NCBI RefSeq assembly: GCF_006345805.1 | Contig: NW_021827166.1 | Span: 1-10,709, forward strand | DNA from: Octopus sinensis | Taxonomy: Eukaryota | Reading direction: 5' to 3' | Length of the DNA: 10,709 nt | Shown: piece after piece, positions 1 through 7,517 of the stretch | How positions within the stretch are numbered: the stretch's first letter is position 1 | Layout: every line of letters starts with the position of its first letter | The notes under the pieces: model-generated | Database searches by the model: none | Seen by the model: the letters and a program-made list of their open reading frames with translations, nothing else | What the model was told of the DNA's origin: nothing | Translations under genes and position numbers: made by a program

Positions 1-154
1 ATTAAGTCGATTACATCGACCCCAGTGCGAAACTGGTACTTTATTTATCGACCCCGGAAGGATGAAAGGAAAGTTTGAACTCAGAACGTAACGTCTGACG
101 AAATACCGCTAAGCATTTCGCCCGGCGCGCTAACGTTTCTGCCAGCTCGCCGCC
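1..154 (-). mobile_element. tRNA-head SINE, family A (octopus-type), 3' part cut by the window edge
   Basis: Reverse complement reads GGCGGCGAGCTGGCAGAAACGTTAGCGCGCCGGGCGAAATGCTTAGCGGTATTTCGTC...GAGTTCAAA...CTTTCATCCTTCCGGGGTCGATAAATAAAGTACCAG...CTGGGGTCGATGTAATCGACTTAAT. This is collinear with the plus-strand copy at 6443-6611. It has A-box-like (TGGCAGAAACG) and B-box-like (GAGTTCAAA) motifs and a short deletion after the B box. Confidence 0.9.
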
Positions 155-158
<4 letters not shown>

Positions 159-191
<33 letters not shown>

Positions 192-219
192 TATACACAC
201 ACACACACACACACTCTCG

Positions 220-275
<56 letters not shown>
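159..275. repeat. Compound microsatellite: (TA)n at 159-186, then (CA)n at 195-275
   Basis: Seen directly in the sequence. Confidence 0.97.
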
Positions 276-280
<5 letters not shown>

Positions 281-458
281 GCAGAGACACACATATTCAA
301 AAGCTTTTGCAAAAATTACTCGAGACATTTACATTAATTAGAAAAAAAACTTTTCTAAAAGCCACTATTAAAACTTTTTCTCTTTTATTTAACAGAATGT
401 CTCTAACTTTTGTGGAAGAAGTTATATAATGTGTATTTTACGTCTTGTGTGTATATTT

Positions 459-501
459 CATGTGTAGACGCTTTCGTTTTTCAACTTTTCAAACATACAT
501 G
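459..501 (-). ncRNA. Degenerate minimal hammerhead ribozyme in the Penelope 3' (pseudo-LTR) region
   Basis: Minus strand reads CATGTATGT-TTGAAAA-GTT GAAA AAC-GAAA-GC-GTC-TACACATG. It has a mutated CTGANGA box, a 3-bp stem II with a GAAA loop, a GAAA box, a GTC triplet and partial stem I pairing (CATGT/ACATG). It starts about 50 nt after the GIY-YIG stop codon. Confidence 0.6.
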
Positions 502-550
502 TTCCGAGCTAGTGCATAAAGAGGAAGTGGTTTTTTTGTAATGGTGATGA

Positions 551-1032
551 CTATCTCTGGCTTAGGTTCGGATTTAGAATTTTTATGAAGTATTCTTCTT
601 TTGTCTTTCGTAGTTGATCATTTTTCATCTTATACTTTGTAAAAGAAGAATGTTTAAAATTTTCCATATCTAGATGATTACCACCTCGAGCATTTCTAAG
701 CGATGAATCTTCCATTTGTTCTTTACACACGCGTACACGATTAGTTACTTTTCTTACTTGTTTCTCCAATGTAATTATAACATTGTAGGAATGCGATGCA
801 GTTGATGTCATTTCTTTTTATGTTGCAATTTATGTTTGCATTCATTTTCAATTTCTTCACATTTTTGAATCTTTTGGTTGTTCTTTGCTCAATTATTTCA
901 CATGTCTCACAGCGAGGGTCTCCACAGTTTGTTACTTGTATTATTCCTTTCTCCGATGTGAATCTCGACTTTGTTAGAAGTCTCTTGAGATTTGGTGGTT
1001 GTTTTCGGCAGTTGATGATTTATAATTTTAAA
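551..1032 (-). pseudogene. Penelope-like element, C-terminal part: linker, Cys motif and GIY-YIG endonuclease (frameshifted)
   Basis: Manual minus-strand translation from ~1019 gives IINCRKQPPNLKRLLTKSRFTSEKGIIQVTNCGDPRCETCEII...NINCNIKRNDINCIAFLQCYNYIGETSK. After a frameshift near 745 it continues VTNRVRVCKEQMED...LRKTKEEYFIKILNPNLSQR*. The QPPNLKxLL, CxxxRCxxC, YIGET and ExxFI...PxL motifs are typical of Penelope endonucleases. Confidence 0.9.
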
Positions 1033-1035
1033 TTA

Positions 1036-3189
1036 CAGAGTGCAACACTCAAAAAAGTACAAGAGATCTGTGGCCATTTTTATATGGAAAATAACATGGG
1101 AAATCCATTTCTAGCCTTCTTTTTGTTGAATTAGGCAGGGTTTCTACAGAATTGTCACTCTATACCATTTTTGCCATTATTATTAAATAAAATTCTCCAC
1201 CGTATTGTATAATGGGTTTCAACCCAGGGCTAGAGATTCAATGTGATTCAAAGCTTGTGTTTAATGTTATTTTTATCTTCCAGATCTTATTTGTTTTCAA
1301 CAATGAGTGCAAGATAGTGCAAAAATGATCCAAACAGATTCTGTTATATCTGTGAGTAATTGACTTTTGCTAAAGAAAAGCACAGTATTACACGCCATAT
1401 CAAGAAAATATAGAAGGCATACTTCGATTGCTACTTAGGAGACCAGGTTAAGTAATGGGTTCCTCATGTGTGTTGCCTTACATGTGTGAAGACATTGGGC
1501 GCCTGGTATGCAGGAAAAACGTTCACATGAAGTTTGGTGTGTCAATGATTTGGCGTGAGCAGAAAGATCACTCTAATGATTGCTGTTTTTGTCACCATGA
1601 CTTTTCGGGCTGTACTCCAGCAAAGAAAAAGAAACACATTGTTTACCTAAATTTGCAATCAGCAATGCGCCCTGTAGAGCACTCAGAAAATTTATCTGTG
1701 CCCAAACCTCCAGATCAAGAAATGCAGAATTCCAGCAGTGCTGATAAACATTCCAGTGGTGAATGTGTGGAGTCCAATGATCCAGAAAGCGAGAATAAAC
1801 CAATAAAATTTTCTCAAGAGGTTCTAAATGACTTGTGCAGGGATCTCTATTTAACCAAAGAGAAAAGTGAGTTTCTGTCATCAAGGCTTCAAGTTCGTAA
1901 TCTTCTTGAGAAAGGAGTGAAGATAACACTGTACAGAAAACGTACAGAGGATCTGCTTGCATTATTCACCATGAAGGATGACTTTTGCTTTTGTAATGAC
2001 ATCATTGAACTTTTTGAGCAATTGGAAATACTATATGATAAAACCAACTGGCGACTTTTCATAGATGCATCCAAGGACAGCATCAAAGCTGTTCCGTTAC
2101 ACAATGGTAACACTCTGCCTTCTGTTCTCATAGCTTATAGCATAACCATGAAAGAATCATATGAAAATCTGAAAGAAATTCTAACAAGTATACAGTATGA
2201 TGACCAAACCTGGCATATTTGTGCAGATTTTAAGGTTGTGGTCATGCTTACTGGCCTTCAGCTTGGCTATACTAAATTTTGTTGCTTCCTGTGCTTATGG
2301 AATTCCAGAGCAAGAGCTGAATATTATGTACGCATGGATTGGCCGATCCGAGATAAAATTGAGCAAGGAAAACACATCATGCACAAACCACTTGTGAAAA
2401 GTGATAGAATTTTCTTTTACCACCTTCGCATATTAAACTTGGTTTGTTTAAGCAATTTGTGAAAGCCTTGGACAAGGATTCCTCCACATTTGCATATCTT
2501 GCAGAAAAGTTCCCTTCTCTGTGTCAAGGTTTCTTCACAGGTCCCAAAATTCGAAAAATTGTACTTGATGAAAGCTTCATCACACATCACAAAAGAAAAG
2601 AGAATCTTGCCTTTGAGTCATTCAAGAAAGTTTGCGATAACTTCCTGGGCAATCATCGTATGTGCAAGTTGTGAATGATCTGCTGAGTCATTATCATGAT
2701 ATGGGATGTAACATGTCTCTAAAAGTTCATGTGCTTCACTCTCATTTGGATCTTTTTGCGGAAAATCTTGGTGATGTGAGTGATGAACATGGTGAAAGAT
2801 TCCATCAGGAGATTTCAGTGATGGAGCGATGATTCAAAGGAAAATGGAACCCTGGCATGTTGGCAGACTACTGCTGGGGTATAAAAAAAGATCATACTCT
2901 CCACAAGAGGCTTAGAAGGACAAACGTTGTTTTTAATTCATAACCAATATATGTTTTGTTATACCAACTAAATTTTTGTTTTGTTTTTGTAACTTTCAGT
3001 ATTTGTAATATTAGTGTTCAATACGCAATATTATGCAGTATATTATAAAACATATGGTTCATGGTACAGGAAAACGGTGCCTAATCTGGAGAAATAAAGG
3101 TCAGAATCAGAATCAGGACAATCTTTTGACCCAGAAACAAGTCTTACTTAAATTGTACTTTTTTTGAACCTGAAATTTGTTGCACGGTG
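1036..3189 (+). mobile_element. Chapaev3-type (CMC) DNA transposon, both ends present, 2154 bp, TTA TSD
   Basis: Left end tta|CAGAGTGCAACA-c-TCAAAAAAGTACAA. Right end reverse complement CACCGTGCAACA-aatttcaggt-TCAAAAAAAGTACAA. TTA flanks both sides (1033-1035 and 3190-3192). The element encloses a DDE transposase pseudogene, and removing it rejoins the Penelope sequence. The family name is assigned from recalled protein motifs, CAC-like ends and a 3-bp TWA TSD. Confidence 0.85.
1303..2943 (+). pseudogene. Chapaev3-type DDE transposase pseudogene with several stops and frameshifts
   Basis: From ATG 1303: MSAR*CKNDPNRFCYICE*...KAYFDCYLGDQVK*WVPHVCCLTC. Frameshift into WREQKDHSNDCCFC...WRLFIDASKDSIKAVPLHNGN...WHICADFKVV...GYTKFCCFLCLWNSRA. 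Frameshift into LPPSHIKLGLFKQFVKALDK...FLGNHR. Frameshift into MGCNMSLKVHVLHSHLDLFAENLGDVSDEHGERFHQEISVMER*FKGKWNPGMLADYCW...VFNS* (TAA 2941-2943). Confidence 0.9.
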
Positions 3190-3192
3190 TTA

Positions 3193-3447
3193 TCTGTCGG
3201 AGATTGATTGATATAAAATTGGGTGGTATCGTTTGGCTGAATGTAGGATGTAGTTTCTAGGATTATGGGTGGCTACAAGTGGATTATCTATATTTGTATC
3301 TGCATTTTCACCCTTAGCATGAGCGTCTCTTCGTAAGTATAAATTGGGATTTCTTTTACTTTGGTGGATATTTCTGTTTTTGAAGGAACACGTCTAGTTC
3401 CACCAGTCGTTTCTCTCCTCTGTTGCTATCTGTAACTATTGAGCATA
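3193..3447 (-). pseudogene. Penelope-like element, upstream piece (RT thumb/linker region)
   Basis: Minus strand gives CSIVTDSN / EKRLVELDVFLQKQKYPP / NPLVATHNPRN. These resemble the Penelope post-RT motifs (ICxIVSD, LxxxxYP, PxVxTxNP) that precede QPPNLK. Strand and order fit the 551-1032 piece. Confidence 0.8.
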
Positions 3448-3664
3448 CGAGGGGTCGTTGAAAAGTTCCTGGCTTTATGTAAAAGAAAATATAAGAGAAT
3501 CACTTAATTATGGTTTCATTCAACATATTCCCCTCTCACATTCATACACTTATTGCAGCGATCCTAAAGCTTTTCTAAGTCCCGTAAAAGAACTCGAAAG
3601 GTTAGGTCTCCAACAAGGCCTTTGGCGACACCCTTAAAAGCAGGAAATTTTTAGCCCCCACTCG
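3448..3664 (+). mobile_element. Mariner-type MITE, 217 bp, TA TSD
   Basis: TA|CGAGGGGTCGTTGAAAAGTTCCT ... AGGAAATTTTTAGCCCCCACTCG|TA. These are imperfect ~23-bp TIRs with TA on both sides and no ORF. The internal TTCAACATATTCCCCTCTCACATTCATACACTTATTGCAGCG resembles mariner 5' subterminal sequence. Confidence 0.85.
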
Positions 3665-3674
3665 TATACATAGT

Positions 3675-3855
3675 CTGCCTCTTCGTCGGTTGCGAGTGTC
3701 CCGGTTGATTCGATTAATGGAATACCCTGCTCGGTAAGTTAACGTTCGAGTAACTGAGTACTCCACGCACACGCGTACCCTTAACGCAGTTGTCAGGAAG
3801 ATTCCGCGAGACACAGTATGTGACAAGACTGGTCCTTTTCAATTACACGTACAAC
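3675..3855 (+). mobile_element. Fragment of a third interspersed repeat (probable SINE body or tail, family unresolved)
   Basis: GC-richer, CpG-containing block (...GTACTCCACGCACACGCGTACCCTTAACGCAGTTGTCAGGAAGATTCCGCGAGACACAGTATGTGACAAGACTGGTCC...) between two MITE pieces. It resembles an octopus repeat from memory; there is no second copy in the window. Confidence 0.5.
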
Positions 3856-3856
3856 T

Positions 3857-3954
3857 GCAGCGGTCTTTCAGTTTTTCTAAGCTCTGTAAAAGAACACTGA
3901 AGGTTGGGCCTCCAACCAAGCCTTGGGCAATACCCTTAAATTCAGGAAATATTT
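3857..3954 (+). mobile_element. Second, partial copy of the mariner MITE (right half)
   Basis: TGCAGCGGTCTTTCAGTTTTTCTAAGCTCTGTAAAAGAACACTGAAGGTTGGGCCTCCAACCAAGCCTTGGGCAATACCCTTAAATTCAGGAAAT aligns by eye with 3554-3650. It ends inside the right TIR. Confidence 0.85.
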
Positions 3955-4156
3955 GTGTGTCTGTTTGTTCCCACAACATCACATGACAACCTATGGTGGT
4001 GTGCTTACGTCCCCGTAACTTAGCGGTTCGGCAAGGGAGACCGATAGAATGAGTACTAGGCTTACGAAGAATAAGTCCTGGGGTCGATTTGCTCGACTAA
4101 AGGCGCGTGCTCCAGCATGGCTGCAGTCAAATGACTGAAACAAGAGAGCAAAAGAG
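3952..4156 (+). mobile_element. SINE family B, 3' half only
   Basis: Collinear with 4868-5075 (...TACGTCCCCGTAACTTAGCGGTTCGGCAA...GTGCTCCAGCATGGCTGCAGTCAAATGACTGAAACAAG plus an AAGAG tail). The tRNA head is absent. Confidence 0.9.
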
Positions 4157-4171
4157 CATGAGTAGGAGTAC

Positions 4172-4287
4172 GTGTGTGTGTGTGTGTGTGTGCATGCACG
4201 CGCTCGTGTGTGTGTGTGTGTGTGTATGTGTGTGTGTATGTGTGTGTGTGTGTGCGTGTGTGTGTGTGTGTGCGTGTGTGTGTGTGT
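4172..4287. repeat. (TG)n microsatellite, interrupted
   Basis: Seen directly in the sequence. Confidence 0.97.
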
Positions 4288-4485
4288 TATATACACCTTC
4301 GGAAATGAATTTTATTTCAATCATCTTTGTAGGTAATGGAGATGGACGAGCACTTTGGACACCACACCATGAGTAATTCAGCTTTCAACGTAAGTTGCCT
4401 TCCCGCAAATTTTAATATTTATCCCTGTCTCTCGCCTCTCTCTCTCTCCACCCATTTTCTCCATTTTCTCCTCTTCTTTTCGGGT

Positions 4486-4527
4486 GTATATATATATATT
4501 ATATATATTATATATATTATATATATA
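4486..4527. repeat. Degenerate (TA)n microsatellite
   Basis: Seen directly in the sequence. Confidence 0.9.
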
Positions 4528-4658
4528 AACTAAAAAATTATTTTTGTAAAAAATTATTACCTTTGTATGGTATTTTTTCCCATGCTGGCCACTTGATAAT
4601 ATCAATATTTAAATATCGATATTATCCTTATTTATAAATTTATATATATATATTTATA

Positions 4659-5087
4659 GGCGTAGGAGGGGCTGTGTGGTAAGTAGCTTGCTTACGAACC
4701 ACATGGTTCCGGGTTCAGTCCCACTGCGTGGAACCTTGGGCAAGTGTCTTCTACTATAGCCTCGGTCCGACCAAAGCCTTGTGAGTGGATTTGGTAAACG
4801 GAAACTGAAAGAAGCCCGTCGTATATATGTATCTATATATATATATATGTATGTGTATGTGTATATGTTTGTGTGTCTGTGTTTGTCCCGCCCCCAACAT
4901 CGCTTGACAACCGATGCTGGTGTGTTTACGTCCGCGTAACTTAACGGTTCGGCAAAAGATACCGATAAAATAAGTACTAGGCTTACATAGAATAAGTCCT
5001 GGGATCGATTTGTTCGACTAAAAGGTGGTGCTCCAGCATGGCCACAGTCAAATGACCGAAACAAGTGAAAGAGTAAAGAGTAAGAGT
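4659..5087 (+). mobile_element. SINE family B, full length (tRNA head, CORE-like block, internal microsatellite, (A)AAGAGT tail)
   Basis: Head GGCGTAGGAGGGGCTGTGTGGTAAG...GGGTTCAGTCCC carries A/B-box-like motifs. ACCTTGGGCAAGT resembles the start of the CORE domain. Internal (TA)/(TG) tract at ~4822-4880, and tail GAAAGAGTAAAGAGTAAGAGT. Two more copies are in the window. Confidence 0.92.
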
Positions 5088-5281
5088 ATATATATTGTGC
5101 ATCTTACACACGGTCATACATGTGTAATGTTTTTGAGGTTTATCATATGTGTTGGAATGGTTTCTGGCTTTTACATCAAGCTATCAATAAATGAAAAGCT
5201 ATTGCAAAAGACGATGTGAAAAGGCAAGAGGAAAAATGTAAACACTACAAAAAAGAACATTCATTTAAACGATATCTATGC

Positions 5282-5324
5282 ATGTGTGTATGTGTGTGTG
5301 TATGTATATCTATCTATCTATCTG

Positions 5325-5365
<41 letters not shown>

Positions 5366-5595
5366 TATCTCTATCTATCTATCGATCTATCTAATCTTAT
5401 CTATCTATCTATCTATATTATCCTTATCTACTATCTTATCTATCTATACTATCATGTATCTATGTACATTATCTATCTATATAGATATATATAGATATAT
5501 ATATATTATATACATTATATATATAATATATATATATATATATAATATATATATATTATATTATATATATATAATATATAATATATATATATATA

Positions 5596-5640
<45 letters not shown>

Positions 5641-5740
5641 TATATATAATATATATATGTAATATAAGAAATATATATATATATATAATATATATATAAA
5701 TATATATATATAATTTATGTTATATATATATATATAATAT

Positions 5741-5771
<31 letters not shown>

Positions 5772-5850
5772 ATATAAATATATATATATATATATATATA
5801 CACATACATACATATATATATATATAATATACATACAACACACACATATA
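5282..5850. repeat. Long compound microsatellite: (TG)n, (TATC)n, degenerate (TA)n, (CA)n
   Basis: Seen directly in the sequence; it explains the IYLS/IYIY ORFs in the track. Confidence 0.97.
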
Positions 5851-5940
5851 TATTTATAATATATTATAGATATGAAGTTAGTTTTAACATTCTGTCACGA
5901 TATGTATAGTGAATTACTTAAGGACGCATCACCCACAACA

Positions 5941-5941
<1 letters not shown>

Positions 5942-6021
<80 letters not shown>
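5942..6021. repeat. (CA)n microsatellite
   Basis: Seen directly in the sequence; an uninterrupted run of about 40 units. Confidence 0.98.
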
Positions 6022-6026
<5 letters not shown>

Positions 6027-6440
6027 AACAAAACAAAGCAAATATAAAGTCAATGACTCCATCTAACATTCTTACTGCTTATTTCATATTTCCATTCACG
6101 TTGTCTTCTGAGATTTATGCAAATTATATAATTTTTTTAACAAGGCGGACGACTAAAGCCCACGTTTTCAGATTTAAATGTTGAATAACGTAGGATTGTG
6201 ACGTTGATGCCTTTCTGATATACAATTGCTGTTTTTGTTGTGGTTTGTAAAGCTCTAAGTCGGCTCTGATCGTCAGATTTACAAGTCAAAATTGCTCTGG
6301 CTCCGATATACCCATCAGCTCATGTACGACAGATCACATTTGACCAGTGAGTCGCACGTCTCAATTTTTCTTTCTCTGTCAGTCTGTATGTCTGTGTGTC
6401 TGTCTATGTGTTTGTCTGTTTGTCGAGGTCTGTTTATTTG

Positions 6441-6856
6441 AGGGCGGCGAGCTGGCAGAAACGTTAGCACGCCGGGCGAAATGCGTAGCCGTATTTCGTC
6501 TGCAGTTACGTCCTGAGTTCAAATTCCGCCGAGGTCGGCTTTGCTTTTCATCCTTTCGGGGTCGATTAAATAAGTACCAGTCACGCACTGGAGTCGATAT
6601 AATCGACTTAATCCGTTTGCCTGTCCTTGTTTGTCCCCTCTGTGTTTAGTCCCTTGTGGGTAGTAAAGAAATAGGTATTTCGTCTGCCGTTATGTTCTGA
6701 GTTCAAATTCCGCCGAGGTCGACTTTGCCTTTCATCCTTTCGGTGTCGATTAAATAAGTACCAGTTATGCACTGGGGTCGATTTAATCGGCTTAATCCGT
6801 TTGTCTGTCCTTGTTTATCCTCTCTGTGTTTAGCCCCTTGTGGGTAGTAAAGAGAT
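6441..6856 (+). mobile_element. SINE family A, full length, with a 184-bp internal tandem duplication and a 15-bp TSD
   Basis: Head GGCGGCGAGCTGGCAGAAACG starts at 6443. The unit GTATTTCGTCTGC...GTGGGTAGTAAAGA(A/G)ATAG occurs at 6491-6674 and 6675-6858. AGGTCTGTTTATTTG flanks both sides (6426-6440 and 6857-6871). Confidence 0.93.
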
Positions 6857-6899
6857 AGGTCTGTTTATTTGTCTCTATCTCTTCCTTTTGTCCTTCTCC

Positions 6900-7395
6900 T
6901 TTAAAGGCGATAGGAGTCTGGCTGTTATTTCCAGTTGGGCAAACAGCTGCATAGAGGCTCACTCATTGTAACATAAATTGTTGATGCTTAATCCCAGATG
7001 AACTCTGAATGACCAATGATCAAAGAATTTCCAGCTGGGATCATTCCACTTTTATTGCAGGCAGTATATTTTAGCATAATGTCCTCCCACGTATCCTGTC
7101 TTTGTTTTGAAAAGGCCGATAGGATGTCAAGTGAGTGAGATTTGGCTGATGTTTCTAAACAGCTGAGCCACCTTCTAAATGCTTACATCATCTTTAGGCT
7201 ACGATGTACATTGTTGCTGCCATCTAGCCCCAATTCATCCTTCATTCAGCAGAACCTCAACCAGAAAACCATCTCGTTGTTGGAATGTAATCTTCCACAT
7301 CATCATCGTAAAGTCACTAAGGAATGATTTGAGGTTGATTAAACAGCTATTTTTAGCAGGTCATGGGACCATGTAGAAGCTTACTTGTTGGCTTG
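6900..7395 (+). repeat. Highly degenerate ~200-bp-period repeat (old interspersed element pieces)
   Basis: AAAGGCGATAGGA (6903) vs AAAGGCCGATAGGA (7111). TGGCTGTTATTTCCAG (6919) vs TGGCTGATGTTTCTAA (7143) vs CAGCTATTTTTAGCAGG (7344). CATAGAGGCTCACTCATTG (6950) vs TGTAGAAGCTTACTTGTTG (7372). Confidence 0.45.
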
Positions 7396-7517
7396 CAATG
7401 CATCTATCTGAATCATTTTGACATAAAGTAGTCTTCTGCAACGTACATTGTTCTCTTTACTGTCCTTTTCTTTTTATAGAACACATCACAAATAACTAGA
7501 AGCGACTTATCTTGAAA

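Noticed and set aside
290-420. Second hammerhead or Penelope ORF start in the pseudo-LTR
   Set aside because: No CTGANGA/GAAA arrangement was found; a minus-strand ATG near 328 runs into the microsatellite and cannot be supported.
796-1134. 112-aa hydrophobic plus-strand ORF
   Set aside because: It is antisense to the Penelope endonuclease and crosses the transposon junction at 1036.
1455-2462. 335-aa ORF as an intact or domesticated gene
   Set aside because: It is only the middle frame of a transposase whose N- and C-terminal parts lie in other frames with stop codons; the first ~20 aa are out-of-frame sequence.
4659-4730. tRNA gene (also the heads at 6443 and 9157)
   Set aside because: These have A/B-box-like motifs but no convincing cloverleaf, and they continue into SINE bodies present in several copies.
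4654-5064. Similar peptides FDCGHAGAPP / EPLSY in three ORFs suggesting a gene family
   Set aside because: They are antisense translations of SINE family B copies.
5216-6184. ORFs rich in IYLS, IYIY, CVCV and HTHT (also at 81-290, 3991-4376, 8599-8829)
   Set aside because: These are translations of microsatellites that lack stop codons.
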